Shown here piece by piece: positions 30,496 through 41,986 of a DNA stretch of 64,000 bases. The DNA comes from an uncultured Acidimicrobiia bacterium. GTDB lineage: Bacteria; Acidobacteriota; Terriglobia; Versatilivoradales; Versatilivoraceae. The notes under the pieces are model-generated. The model was not told the origin of the DNA, searched no databases, and saw only the letters and a program-made list of their open reading frames with translations. The stretch is from NCBI GenBank assembly GCA_963786955.1, contig CAWBAT010000006.1, positions 160,001 to 224,000 of the forward strand. Direction: 5' to 3'. A program made the position numbers and the translations under genes. Position 1 is the stretch's first letter. Every line of letters starts with the position of its first letter.

Positions 30496-30904
30496 TGAGT
30501 GAAAAACAACTAAGAGTTCTTGTTGCTAAACCCGGATTAGATGGTCATGACCGCGGAGCCAAAATTATTGCCCGTGCCCTGCGAGACGCCGGCATCGAGG
30601 TCATCTATACGGGATCTGCGTCAGACTCCGGAACAAATCGTCAATGCTGCGCTTCCAGGAAGACGTGGACTGCATCGGACTGTCGATACTTTCTGGTGCC
30701 CATAATACCATTCTGCCACGAGTGATGGACCTGCTCGGCGAGAAAGGGATTCATGACATCCTGGTCGTTGCGGGAGGGATTATCCCGACTCAGGACATTC
30801 CCACCCTCAAATCTTGTGGAATCTCCGAAATATTTCCGCCCGGAACACCGACTGATCAGATTATCCATTACATTAAAACTAACGTTCACGAGAAGACTTT
30901 TTGA
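30495..30904 (+). CDS. Cobalamin-binding small subunit of the mutase (frameshifted)
   Basis: [19 protein letters not shown] and GGIIP motifs. Confidence 0.9.
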
Positions 30905-31054
30905 CGATCCAGTGGCCGTTTACTGACAATCAGAAGGGACCCGCAGTTACGGGTGTTTTCGACTTGATACTCCCGCACTGATTTGCCCTTCCGATGAGAG
31001 CCGATGGGCGCCCCGAGGCTATCTCCACGATCCAAGGATCTCCGGAGCGAGACA

Positions 31055-32526
31055 ATGATGATGCGCTACCACGGAATCCTGGGACTGATGGTTCTCCTCG
31101 GTTTGGCCGTGATACTATCGTCCAATCGAAAAGCCATACGGTGGAAGATCGTCTGGTTGGGATCCGCATTGCAATTTGTGCTGGCCGTCATTGTTCTTAA
31201 GGGCGATTGGTTGAGCCATTGTTTTGATTGGCTGGCGGTGACGCTGGGGACGAGTATTAGTCCTGATCCTCCTACAAATCATTTTATCAAGCTCTGGCGA
31301 CACTGGTTCTTTCAACGGTCGGCGGGATGGCTTCGTTTTCTGCGGAGCCTGATTCGTCTTCAAGGGTCATCGTCATTCTCAAATTCAATCTCATCTTGAG
31401 TGTTTTTTTACCTGATGCGCGATGTCGTTAACCATCTGATCGCCTATGCTGCGGAAGGAGCCCGATTTATATTCGGCCCGCTGGCTATTGAAACTGGCGA
31501 AAGAAGCTTAGGGTTTATTTTTGGTTTTCAAGTTTTGCCAACGATTATATTTCGTCGCATCAATATTTGCTATTCTCTATTACCTGGGGATTATGCAGCT
31601 GGTGGTTCAGAAGTTTGCCACGATCATGTCTCGTTGGATGTCCATCAGTGGGGCGGAGTCTGTCTCCGTCGCAGCCAGTATCTTCATCGGCCAAGCCGAA
31701 GCTCCTCTAACCATTCGTCCCTTTATTGCTGAGATGACGCGATCGGAACTCATGACAATCATGACGGCGGGAATGGCCCATGTTTCGGGGGCCATCATGG
31801 CGGCCTACGTCCTCGTAGCACACGTCGATGTGGTGCATTTATTGACTGCCGTGATCATGACTGCTCCGGGAGCCATCATGATATCGAAAATCATCGTTCC
31901 AGAGACGGAAACACCACGTACCCAGGGGGAAACGAAGATTGAAATTCCCTCTTCGGATGTCAATCTTGATTGATGCCGCTGCCCGAGGCGCCTCAGAAGG
32001 GTTGCAACTATCATTAAATGTTGGGGCGATGCTCATCGCTTTTATCGCCCTGGTGGCGCTCGTAAATGGGATTTTCGGAGGGATTCATCATGCTTTGGAA
32101 AATCTGCAGTCGAGTCCCACGAGAGGGCTGATGCTCCTCGGTGAAACCGCCCGATTCTGTGCCACAAAACTTGCAGCAAATTCTAGGAGTATTCTTCAGC
32201 CCCATGGCATGGCTGATGGGCGTGAGTTGGAAAGATTCGATTCAGGTCGGTAATTTGCTTGGAACAAGGATGGTTCTCAATGAGTTCGTCTCATTTTTAA
32301 AGCTCGGGGAAATCTCGGACGAGCCTGGACCACCGATCTTTTGTCATTTCCACCTTCGCATTGTGCGGATTCGCAAATTTTGGGTCCATTGCCATTCAAG
32401 TTGGGGGTATTGGCGCTTTGGCCCCCTCCCGTCGACATGATCTTGGCTTCCCTTGGCCTGAGGGCCATGATCGCAGGCACGATCGCGAATTTTCTGTCTG
32501 CCACGATTGCGGGTGTTATTATTTAG
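31055..32526 (+). CDS. NupC/CNT family nucleoside transporter (frameshifted)
   Basis: [23 protein letters not shown] and [17 protein letters not shown] motifs. Confidence 0.88.
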
Positions 32527-32590
32527 GCTTCATGAGACTACGCTGAGCGTATCGGAGGACACGTTTCGGAGGACCGTTTCGGAGGATTTG

Positions 32591-32619
32591 TTGACCCTCC
32601 GCGCCGGTACAGGTAAGAT
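32591..32619 (+). promoter_or_regulatory. Sigma70-type promoter
   Basis: TTGACC-17 bp-TAAGAT. Confidence 0.5.
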
Positions 32620-32648
32620 GAATCTCCAAGGGAACGAGAGGATCTTAA

Positions 32649-33619
32649 ATGACTGGTAGAACTACGATTGAAGGTATTTTATTGATGATTGGCTTGTGCT
32701 TCCTCTTGCGATCATTCTGGAGGAAGTTTAGGACAGGATTCCAAAGTTTTCTTGGACGATAAGCTTGGTCAGCCCGAGAAGAGCACCGAAAACCTGGTCG
32801 TCAATGTTGATTTAATCAACGTCCTCTTTACGGTTACGGACAAAAGAGGGCGGTTGGTTACGGATCTTAATAAATCCGATATTACCTTCACCGAGGACAA
32901 CAAACCACAGACAATTACTAACTTCTCACGCGAGACCGATCTCCCCTTAACGATCGCTCTGCTGATCGACACCAGTACCAGCATCCGCGATCGGTTCAAA
33001 TTTGAACAAGACGCTGCTAGTGAATTTCTTTATCGGACTTTACGACCTCGCAAGGACAAAGCCCTATTCATCACTTTTGACTCCGCAATCGAATTGGTCC
33101 AGGACTACACGGACAGCCCTGAGGTCTTGGCCAAAGCGATTCGGCAAGTGCGTCCCGGCGGGTGGCACAAAAATGCTGGACGCAGTATTTTTGGCATGTC
33201 AGGAGAAATTAAAAGCTGAAACGGGTCGGAAAATCATCATCCTGATCAGTGATGGAGACGATAATTTGAGTCTTGAAACCGCGAATTCGGTTTTGGAGAT
33301 GGCCCAAAGGTCGGATGTCTCCATTTACGCGATTAGTACGAACTCCACGGGATTTTTTAATCTTTCGGCACCGAAGACGCGACAAGCTGTTGAAAAGGCT
33401 CGCCGAAGAAACCGGCGGTCGTGCATTTTTCCCCTTCAAGGCGGAAGATCTCACACAAAGCTTCCAGGATATCAGTACGGAATTGCGCAGCCAATATTCG
33501 CTCGCCTACCGTTCTACTAATACAGTTCGCGACGGTAATTTTCGTGCGATCCGGATAGCGCTTGACCGAAAAATTTGAAAGTAAAAGCGCGCAAAGGCTA
33601 TTACGCCCCGCGAGGTTAA
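32649..33619 (+). CDS. VWFA-related acidobacterial domain protein (frameshifted)
   Basis: VTDKRGRLV, LIDTSTS MIDAS, ISDGDDN, LAEETGG, ELRSQYSLAY and RKGYYAP motifs. Confidence 0.85.
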
Positions 33620-33711
33620 TCTGCTCTTTTGTATGGAATATTGAGTCTTCACGCGGGATGGAAATGTTGAGAAGTCATCCGACGATCGAAGCGGAAACTG
33701 AAGTTTGACTT

Positions 33712-34121
33712 ATGAGCAATTTCTTTTGTATCAAAAGCCGCGTTTTAAGAGTCAAACCCGCCGCCGCAATTTCCAGAAGAAATGTCAGTTGCCTTTCTTA
33801 TGGCCTGGCTCAATGGATCCTTTCAAATTGGGGAATTCCAGCACAGGCCGGCCAATGGAATCTGGAAAAAGGGCAAGAAAAGGCTCCCTCGGCCGAAACT
33901 TTCAACGCGATTGCACCCGCCAAATCTGAAAAGATCAATATCAATATTGCCAGTGTTGAGGAACTGGAAGCCCTTCCGGGATTGGTATTGTGACTGCCAA
34001 GCGAATTGTGGATTACCGCAAGAAGAATCCACCCTTCCGCAAGATTGAAGAGCTATTGATTATCCGAGGGATCAGCAGGAACCGACTGGAACAAATTCGC
34101 AATAAGATCAGTGTCAATTAA
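33712..34121 (+). CDS. ComEA-like helix-hairpin-helix DNA-binding protein (frameshifted)
   Basis: KININIASVEELEALPG..., RIVDYRKKNPPFRKIEELLIIRGI. Confidence 0.8.
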
Positions 34122-34257
34122 GGAGATAGAATCACAGACATAATGTCACTTAGTATGGTATCACCTTCCCGCAAGCAATTTTCCCTTAAATATGCTCAGA
34201 ATGTTGGCGCGGAGGTTCGTTGGTTTGGAATAAATACGCGGTGGAGGAATTAAGACT

Positions 34258-35400
34258 ATGACAACGCTATCCACGCCCCACTTAGAGGCAGTACTGCAGC
34301 ATGACATCGACCTCATCCGCGCCAAACTGCTGGAGATGTTGGCCCTGGACGAACAAGCACTGGCGCGCGCTCTTCAGGCATTTCTTAAACGTGATCGACA
34401 GTTGGCGTACTCAGTGATCTTGCGTGATCAGGACGTAGATGCCTTGGAAACAGAGTTGGACCGGCTTTGTTTAGAGTTCATCGTGCGTCACCAGCCGGCA
34501 GCAGCCCACCTGAGGTTTGTTTATTCAACCAGCAAGATTATTAATCAATTGGAGCGTGTTGGCGACTATGCTGAAAGTATCGCCCGTCAAGTTTTGCTGA
34601 TAAGCTCTATCCCCCTCGAAGTTCCCACTGACAAGTTTAACGAGATCGCGAACCTGGCAATTCCCATGTTGCACAATGCAGTAAAGGCGTTTGTTGACAA
34701 GAATCCTGATCTCGCGCGTGCGACCATGGCCAGTGAACCTCGAGTCAATCAGATGAGGGACAATCTCACCGCCGATTTAGTGGAATGTCGCCTGGAAGGC
34801 CAGTTACCGCTGGAGGCGCTTCCCGCATTGATCACTGTGGCACGCCGTCTTGAACGGGTTTCTGACCAGGCTACCAATATCTGCGAGCAGGCGCTCTACT
34901 TTGCTACCGGTGAGTATGTGCGGCACGTGCCCCGCGAAGGATTCAGGGTGTTGTTCGTCGACGAGACCAACGGTTGTCTTAGCCGAATCGCCGAAGCCAT
35001 CGGCACTCGGTTGGGAGCGAAACGGTTCTCTTTCAGCAGCGCGGGAATCGTGGCCGGCGCAACCGACCCGCAAACCATCTGGTTTTTGGCGGAGAAGGGC
35101 ATTGATATCTCTCCTCAACCCTCCACTTCGGTAAACCAGGTATCCCAGCTTGATCAGATGCAAGTCATCGTGGCTCTCTGCATAGAGGCGGAGAAAGCAT
35201 TGCCTCAAAGACCGACCAAGACCGTGGGCTTGCACTGGGTGGTGCCAGATCCTTCAAAGGCACGCGGAACAACAGAAGAGGTCCGGGCTGAATACGAACG
35301 GGCATACGAATCTCTAACCAACCACATCCGGGATCTGGTTCAAGCGATCCTCGGAAACGACCAGGATTTCACCAATGAAAGCTCCACACCTTCGATCTGA
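34258..35400 (+). CDS. phoU: PhoU fused to a C-terminal LMW-PTP/ArsC-like domain
   Basis: LERVGDYA and LERVSDQATNICE PhoU repeats; then RVLFVDETNGCLSRIAEA, SAGI and HWVVPDP. Confidence 0.9.
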   Translation: MTTLSTPHLEAVLQHDIDLIRAKLLEMLALDEQALARALQAFLKRDRQLAYSVILRDQDVDALETELDRLCLEFIVRHQPAAAHLRFVYSTSKIINQLERVGDYAESIARQVLLISSIPLEVPTDKFNEIANLAIPMLHNAVKAFVDKNPDLARATMASEPRVNQMRDNLTADLVECRLEGQLPLEALPALITVARRLERVSDQATNICEQALYFATGEYVRHVPREGFRVLFVDETNGCLSRIAEAIGTRLGAKRFSFSSAGIVAGATDPQTIWFLAEKGIDISPQPSTSVNQVSQLDQMQVIVALCIEAEKALPQRPTKTVGLHWVVPDPSKARGTTEEVRAEYERAYESLTNHIRDLVQAILGNDQDFTNESSTPSI

Positions 35401-35410
35401 ATCCCAATTC

Positions 35411-36298
35411 ATGAAGCTCGTCGTCACCACTTTCCTGGCGTTCCTGCTCGCGTGGGTACCGCTCAGTTGCTCACGGACAAAGCAACCCGAGAAAACCGTG
35501 ATCCAGAACACTGGTTCAGACACGATTGTGAACCTCGCGCAGGCTTGGGCTGAGGAATACGCCAAAGTGGAACCCCTGGTCTCGGTGGAAGTCTCCGGGG
35601 GCGGTTCTGGTACTGGAATCGCCGCTTTAATCAATGGCACCGTGGATATCGCCAATTGTAGCCGGCAATTTCATCCACAGGAGGTCGAGCAAGCAAGGAA
35701 GAACACTGGCAAAGAGCCGCGCGAATTCAAGGTGGGGTATGATGCGCTTGCCGTGTATGTCCACAAGACCAATCCAATAGAGGAAATAACCCTGGACCAG
35801 TTGGCTGATATCTACAGCGAAGGCGGGAAAGCTATAAAGTGGTCACAGTTGGCTGTAAGGATGTCCGAGGGCGCCGACGAGATTATCCGGGTCAGCCGGC
35901 AGTCGAACTCTGGGACATACGAATACTTCCGCGAGGCAGTTCTCGGCAAAGGCCGTGATTTCAAACTCGGTTCACGCGATATGCACGGGTCAAAGGATGT
36001 GGTGGAACTGGTCTCCAAAACGCCCGGTGCTATCGGTTATAGTGGGATGGGCTATGCGACACCAGACGTTAAGACACTGCGTATTGCCAGGAAGGCAGGC
36101 GACAAGTTTTTTGCTCCAAACATCGAGAACACTTTGAACCACACCTACCCAATAGCACGACCCTTGTTCATGTATACACTCGGCGAACCTGTGGGCCAGG
36201 TGAAGAAGTATCTGGATTGGGTTCACTCCGAAGCCGGTCAGAAAATCGTGGTCCAGAGCGGGTACGTGCCTCTACCCGAGGCAGCCCGACAACCTTAA
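35411..36298 (+). CDS. pstS: Phosphate ABC transporter substrate-binding lipoprotein
   Basis: Lipobox PLSC; GSDT, GGGSGTG, SGTYEYF and YPIARPL motifs. Confidence 0.93.
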   Translation: MKLVVTTFLAFLLAWVPLSCSRTKQPEKTVIQNTGSDTIVNLAQAWAEEYAKVEPLVSVEVSGGGSGTGIAALINGTVDIANCSRQFHPQEVEQARKNTGKEPREFKVGYDALAVYVHKTNPIEEITLDQLADIYSEGGKAIKWSQLAVRMSEGADEIIRVSRQSNSGTYEYFREAVLGKGRDFKLGSRDMHGSKDVVELVSKTPGAIGYSGMGYATPDVKTLRIARKAGDKFFAPNIENTLNHTYPIARPLFMYTLGEPVGQVKKYLDWVHSEAGQKIVVQSGYVPLPEAARQP

Positions 36299-36323
36299 AG
36301 TTGGAGAAAGAAGTTGCGACTGC

Positions 36324-37217
36324 ATGCTGAATCGCCGACATTGGGAAGCCTTTAGTGAATCCGTAATTGAATTATTGATCCGCCTCTGCGGCATCAGTGC
36401 CATTCTGTTTGTCTTTGGCATTTTCTACTTTGTATTCCGCGAAGGGGCCGGGTTTCTCTTCCATGGTTTCAACGCCCGCGAGTTTTTCTTCAGTCCCGAG
36501 TGGTATCCGACATCACAAAGCCATGTACGCTATGGGGTGTTAGCTTTAATAGCGGGCACGGCCAGTGTCACTATGCTGGCCATGGTGCTCGCGGTTCCTT
36601 TCGGGATAGGCGCCGCAATTTTTATTTCCGAATTCTGCGGGCCACGAGTGAAGGAAACTCTGAAGATAACAATCGAACTGCTGGCAGCTATTCCTTCGGT
36701 AGTGTGGGGGTTCATCGGTTTGACCGTGATGAATCCCCTGATCATCAAGCTGTTTGCGACGCCAATCGGCCTGAACGTGTTAAATGGAGGCCTAATTCTT
36801 GCGCTGATGAGCGTACCGATCATTGTCTCCATCGGCGAGGACGCACTGAAAGCAGTGCCGGATTCTTACCGTGAGGCCGCCTTGGCGCTTGGGGTGACAC
36901 GCTGGCAACTCGTGCGCCGTGTTCTGCTGCCGGCCGCAAAAAACGGGTTGCTTGCGGCTGTATTGCTTGGTGTCGGTCGTGGTGTTGGGGAGACGATGGC
37001 AGTGTTGATGGCCACTGGCCATGCGGTGAAGATCCCAACCAGCTTGCTGGACTCAGTGCGGACGTTGACCGCCACGATTGCCGCCGAGTTGGGCGAGGCA
37101 CCCGTACAATCAGAACATTATCAAGTGTTGTTTATCATTGGCATTCTTTTATTCTCGATCACGTTTCTAGTCAATCTTCTCGCGGATCTTTTCATTCGCG
37201 GAATTCGACGCAAATGA
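36324..37217 (+). CDS. pstC: Phosphate ABC transporter permease
   Basis: ELLAAIPSVV, EAALALG and GRGVGETMAV motifs. Confidence 0.93.
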   Translation: MLNRRHWEAFSESVIELLIRLCGISAILFVFGIFYFVFREGAGFLFHGFNAREFFFSPEWYPTSQSHVRYGVLALIAGTASVTMLAMVLAVPFGIGAAIFISEFCGPRVKETLKITIELLAAIPSVVWGFIGLTVMNPLIIKLFATPIGLNVLNGGLILALMSVPIIVSIGEDALKAVPDSYREAALALGVTRWQLVRRVLLPAAKNGLLAAVLLGVGRGVGETMAVLMATGHAVKIPTSLLDSVRTLTATIAAELGEAPVQSEHYQVLFIIGILLFSITFLVNLLADLFIRGIRRK

Positions 37218-37247
37218 TGAATCCTCTCTTATCCAGGTGAATCTGCC

Positions 37248-38132
37248 TTGTTCGAAAGCACTCCATTAACGCGTCGCAAACAGCGCTGGGAATTTCTCGC
37301 AAAGAGCATCGTCTTACTCATGACTTTGCTGATGGTGGTCCCGCTGCTACTCATTGTTGGTTACTTGGTCTATCAAGCTTGGCCAATTCTCTCTCTGGAC
37401 TTCCTGCTGAAGAACCCAATACACGGCATGCGGTCCGGCGGAGTCTGGTCCCCCTTGCTGGGAACAATTTACCTGGTGGTCATATCGCTGGTTGTTGCCA
37501 CGCCCATCGGCGTCCTGGCAGCGGTCTTCCTGAATGAATACGCGCGGGACAACTGGCTCACCCGAATGGTCAATCTTGCTGTAGTCAACCTTGCGGGCGT
37601 GCCAAGTATCGTGCATGCCTTGTTTGGGCTTGGGGCATTTGTATTGTTTGCCAGATTAGGCCGCTCCATCCTAGCTGCATCGTTGACGTTGGCTATTATG
37701 ACTTTACCTGTCCTCATCGCCAGCACTAAGGAAGCCTTGGCCTCTGTGCCCATGGCGTTCCGTGAGGCCTGCTGGAACATTGGGGCCACGCGTTGGCAAA
37801 CGATCCGCCACATCGTCCTCCCAAACTCAATAAGCGGGATTCTCACCGGGGTTATTTTGCAGGTATCCCGCGCGGCCGGCGAGACGGCACCGATCATGTT
37901 CACGGGCGCCGTATTCTTCAAAGCGATCAAAGAAGGGGATGTATTTGCCTACGGCTTGTTCGATCAGTGCATGGCGCTTTCGATGCATCTTTTCACGATC
38001 TCCACGCAGGTACCCGATGTGCCCAAAGCGTTGCCATTCGGCACGGCGGTGGTACTCCTGGGAGCTGTACTGCTTGTCAACTCCCTCGCTATTGTCGTTC
38101 GCGTCCGGCTGCGTTCACGGAGAAAATGGTAA
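37248..38132 (+). CDS. pstA: Phosphate ABC transporter permease
   Basis: NLAGVPSIV and SRAAGETAP motifs. Confidence 0.93.
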   Translation: MFESTPLTRRKQRWEFLAKSIVLLMTLLMVVPLLLIVGYLVYQAWPILSLDFLLKNPIHGMRSGGVWSPLLGTIYLVVISLVVATPIGVLAAVFLNEYARDNWLTRMVNLAVVNLAGVPSIVHALFGLGAFVLFARLGRSILAASLTLAIMTLPVLIASTKEALASVPMAFREACWNIGATRWQTIRHIVLPNSISGILTGVILQVSRAAGETAPIMFTGAVFFKAIKEGDVFAYGLFDQCMALSMHLFTISTQVPDVPKALPFGTAVVLLGAVLLVNSLAIVVRVRLRSRRKW

Positions 38133-38890
38133 TGCCCAATCCCATAGTTGAGATCAGCAATCTGAAAGTTCGATACGGGCGCCACGAGGCTTTGAAGGGC
38201 ATAACTCTAGAAGTACCACGAAACGAAGTCTTTGGAATTATCGGACCTGCCCAATCGGGAAAGACGACACTGTTGAAGACCATCAACCGTACCATTGAGA
38301 ATGTACCCGGTGCCATTATTACGGGTGTTGTAAAGGTCGACGGCAAGAACGTCTACGCGATGAAGGATGTTTTTGCACTGCGCCGCAAGATTGGAATGGT
38401 TGCTCCGTTGCCCGTCGGTCTGCCGCTTTCGGTCTTTGACAACGTTGCTTTTGCACCTCGGATGGCCGGCATTCATGACCGGCACGAACTGGAGGAGCGT
38501 GTGGAGCGCTGTTTGAAGCAGGCCGCACTCTGGGAGGAAGTCAAAGACCGGCTTGACAGTCTCGGCACCAGGCTCTCCGGCGGCCAGCAGCAGCGGCTGA
38601 CTATTGCCCGAGCGTTGTCCCACGACCCAGAAATCCTCTGTCTGGACGAGTTTTCCATCGCGGTCGATCCCGTCACCACGATGCGCATAGAGGACGTGCT
38701 GAAGGAATTACGTTCCCAAATGACTGTTATTTTGGTTACCAATTTGGTACAACAAGCACGCCGGTTGGCCGATCGAACCGCTTTTCTGCTCAACGGCGAA
38801 GTGGTGGAGGTGGACCGCACCGACTTGATCTTTTCCGAGAGCCCTCGCAACAGGAAGACCTACGAATATGTTAACGGGATTTTCGGATGA
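38132..38890 (+). CDS. pstB: Phosphate ABC transporter ATPase, copy 1
   Basis: GPAQSGKTT, intact LSGGQQQR, altered LDEFSIAVDP and VTN (H-loop His lost). Confidence 0.88.
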   Translation: MPNPIVEISNLKVRYGRHEALKGITLEVPRNEVFGIIGPAQSGKTTLLKTINRTIENVPGAIITGVVKVDGKNVYAMKDVFALRRKIGMVAPLPVGLPLSVFDNVAFAPRMAGIHDRHELEERVERCLKQAALWEEVKDRLDSLGTRLSGGQQQRLTIARALSHDPEILCLDEFSIAVDPVTTMRIEDVLKELRSQMTVILVTNLVQQARRLADRTAFLLNGEVVEVDRTDLIFSESPRNRKTYEYVNGIFG

Positions 38891-39675
38891 GTACTTCTGA
38901 TCCGGCCGCGACCTCATACAGTATCGAAACCAGGAATCTCGGTCTTTGGTACGGCAACTTCCAAGCGCTGAAGAATATCAATCTTAATATTCGCCACGGT
39001 CAAATCACCGCAGTGATCGGCCCGTCGGGTTGTGGCAAGACAACCCTACTTCGTTGCTTCAACCGCATCAACGAACGCTACGGCTATGTCTCCACCACTG
39101 GCGAAATCAGGGTCCTCGGACAAAACATCTATGCCCCGGACGTCTCGCTCATCGAACTGCGCAAGGCAGTAGGCATGGTGTTTCAGCGGCCAAACCCTCT
39201 GCCCATTTCGGTCTACGAAAACATTGTCTTTGGTCTACGCATCCATAGTGCCTATGGGACATTGAATAAGCAAAAGTTGGACAACTCGGTAGAAACAGCA
39301 CTGCAAGAGGTTTCCCTGTGGGATGACTTAAAAGACCGGCTGCATGCTCCTGCCACATCCCTTCAATTAGAGCAACAACAGAAACTCTGCATTGCACGGT
39401 TGCTTCCACTGAAGCCCGAAGTCATCCTAATGGATGAACCGTGCTCTGCCCTGGACAGCGAAGCCACTCTCGCCATCGAAGAGTTGATGCTCACTCTTGC
39501 TGGCAGGTACACGATTCTTATTGTCACGCACAACATGGCTCAGGCTCGTCGCGTCAGCCAGGAATGCGCCTTTATGTTGTTGGGCGAGGTCGTCGAGCAT
39601 ACTCGTACTGAAAACCTGTTTCTTACTCCCAAAGACCCGCGGGCAGCAGATTACATTGAAGGCCGCTACGGCTAG
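38887..39675 (+). CDS. pstB: Phosphate ABC transporter ATPase, copy 2
   Basis: GPSGCGKTT, MDEPCSALD and VTHN intact; signature degenerate (LQLEQQQ); YIEGRYG C-terminus. Confidence 0.9.
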   Translation: MSTSDPAATSYSIETRNLGLWYGNFQALKNINLNIRHGQITAVIGPSGCGKTTLLRCFNRINERYGYVSTTGEIRVLGQNIYAPDVSLIELRKAVGMVFQRPNPLPISVYENIVFGLRIHSAYGTLNKQKLDNSVETALQEVSLWDDLKDRLHAPATSLQLEQQQKLCIARLLPLKPEVILMDEPCSALDSEATLAIEELMLTLAGRYTILIVTHNMAQARRVSQECAFMLLGEVVEHTRTENLFLTPKDPRAADYIEGRYG

Positions 39676-40158
39676 GAGTAGCGTGGCTCGGAAAGTCCTT
39701 TTCATTCCACTACTTTGCGAAGAGGACCCAAAGGTGTCGAATTTTTCTTAGACAGGCAGGTGGACGGTTTACAGGCTTTGATTTTCGTTCTAATTTACTC
39801 CCCCGGCATCTTGTGGCAAAGGTTTTCCCTCTTTAGTTAACCGGTTGTATCGCGTAATCCTGCCATGATGCCCATCGTTTTCTGCGTATCATGGATCCCA
39901 AGCGCCAGGCTGTTCTCCTTCTGTTTTACGACTCGATCGAAGCCTTGATATCATGATCCTAGCAGGGATTCAGTGGATCGCGGCCCTTGAGCAAATCGTC
40001 TCTCGAAAAGTAACCTTTGCGTGATAACATTAGTATGGGCTGCTCAAGGTCTTGCAGATCTCGGATCACCTTACCCAAGTCACCTGGAATTGTCAATCGA
40101 TCGAACAGCAACTGGTTGTAGTGCTCAGAAGCCGGCACAAGGGTTTTAGATTGAAGGC

Positions 40159-41984
40159 ATGACAACATCTGGTACCTAATGTAAGAGCCGCCGCCCAGAA
40201 AGGGCCTCTCCGCGTGATCAAACAAAATCACATCAAACGGTATTCCTTGATTGCCGTTGCGCTGCTGTTGTTGTCCTATAGCTGCGTTTTTTTTCTTCAA
40301 GAAGAACAGGAAGAGACTTAGCCGACAAATACCTTACGGTAACGATCGAAAGAGGAGACATTCGCCGAATTGTCAGCTCAACTGGGACATTGCAGGCAGT
40401 AGTGACCGTACAGGTTGGAAGCCAGGTTTCGGGACGCATTCAAGAGATTTATGCAGATTTCAATAGTATCGTTAAGAGCGGACAACTCCTGGCCGTGATT
40501 GATCCGGAAAATTTCGAGGCGCAACGTGAAAGGGCTGAAGCCCAGCTTTCAACAGCTCAAGCCAGCCGTTAAGAATTCTGAAGCCAATTGGTCAATCGAA
40601 AGGCAGAACTCGAAAGCGCCAAAGCAAATCTTGAAGTCTCAAAGGTTAATTTAAAGGAATCGGAACGGCAGAAGATCCGTGCTGAGGGGCTCTTCAAAGA
40701 CGGCCTGATTCCCGAGCGTGATTTACAGACCGCGCAGGCGACCTATGACCAGAACCTGGCGCGCGTCTTGCAAGCCGAAGCCCAGGTCAATCAAACCGAA
40801 GCCGGCATCCGTTCGGCAATCTCCCAACAGGATCAAGCGGCCGCCAGCGTCAAGCAAGCGCAGGCAGAACTGCGAATGGCAGAGGTCACTCTTCACTATA
40901 CCAATATCATTTCGCCTATTGATGGAGTTGTCATTGAGCGCAATGTGGATATTGGCCAGACCGTGGCGGCCAGTTTTCAGACGCCGACCCTATTTTTGAT
41001 TGCCAACGATCTCTCTAGAATGCAACTGATTGCCCAGATTGACGAGGCCGACATTGGCGTTTTATCTGAAAAAGCAAAAGTAGATTTCACCGTCGACGCT
41101 TTCCCGGGCCAGGTGTTCCAGGGCAAGATTTCGGAAATACGCCTTACCTCTAAACTCCCGACTTCCAGTACTTCTGGCACTAGCCAGACCTCCTCCACCG
41201 GCGGCACTGCTTCGAATGTCGTGGTTTATAACGTCATCATTGATGTGGACAACCCGCAGTTGAAGTTACGACCTGCAATGACTGCCAATGTGAGTTTTAC
41301 CGTGGCGAGTGCCCACGATGTTCTTCGGGTAGCCAATTCGGCCTTACGCTATCGCCCCCCGAACATGTCTCCTGAAGAAATCCAAAAACTCTTGGAATCC
41401 ATGGGCAAGGTAAGTTCCGCGGCAGAAGCCACTCGACAGGACCGACTCCGGTGCGAGGTAATTCTGATCCAGGTGGCACCGTACAAACCGCTCTAGCTGG
41501 GGAGCGACGCGAGTTGAAATCCGATAGCCTCAAATCCGGTGGTCCCGAATCCTTTCCGTCTTCCTACAAAACCCAATTCATCGAACTCTGCTATGCTTGA
41601 TCGTGAACAAGACCAGGACGCGTTGCGGATTAAGCTCCGGGGCCACAGGAAGCCTCAACCGCCATGAGCCTCTCGACAACCGATCGCTATGGGATTCACG
41701 GGGGGATGAAAATTCGTTTCCCTCAGGCAGAAGATAGCAAACCGATACCTGGGGTCCTCTGGACATTGGATAGCAATGGCACCCCCCAGCCCCGGAAAGT
41801 GAAGTTTGGAATTACCAATGGCAAGGAAACCGCAATTCTGGATAGTGATCTTAAAGAAAGGGATACAGTTGTCACAGGGGAAATCAATGAGGCGGATGGC
41901 AGCACGGCCCAGCGGAACACGAGTCCATTTCGTGGTCCCTTTAGCCCTGCGGTTCCTCCCTCGCGCAAAGGAGGCGGGCGATAG
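40159..41984 (+). CDS. MacA/HlyD-like periplasmic adaptor (frameshifted; start uncertain)
   Basis: VQVGSQVSG, IISPIDGVV, GQTVAASFQTPTLF and LRPAMTANV motifs. Confidence 0.85.
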
Positions 41985-41986
41985 TG

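Noticed and set aside
34125-34165. Pho box upstream of phoU
   Set aside because: TCAC/GTCA-like motifs are not at 11-bp spacing
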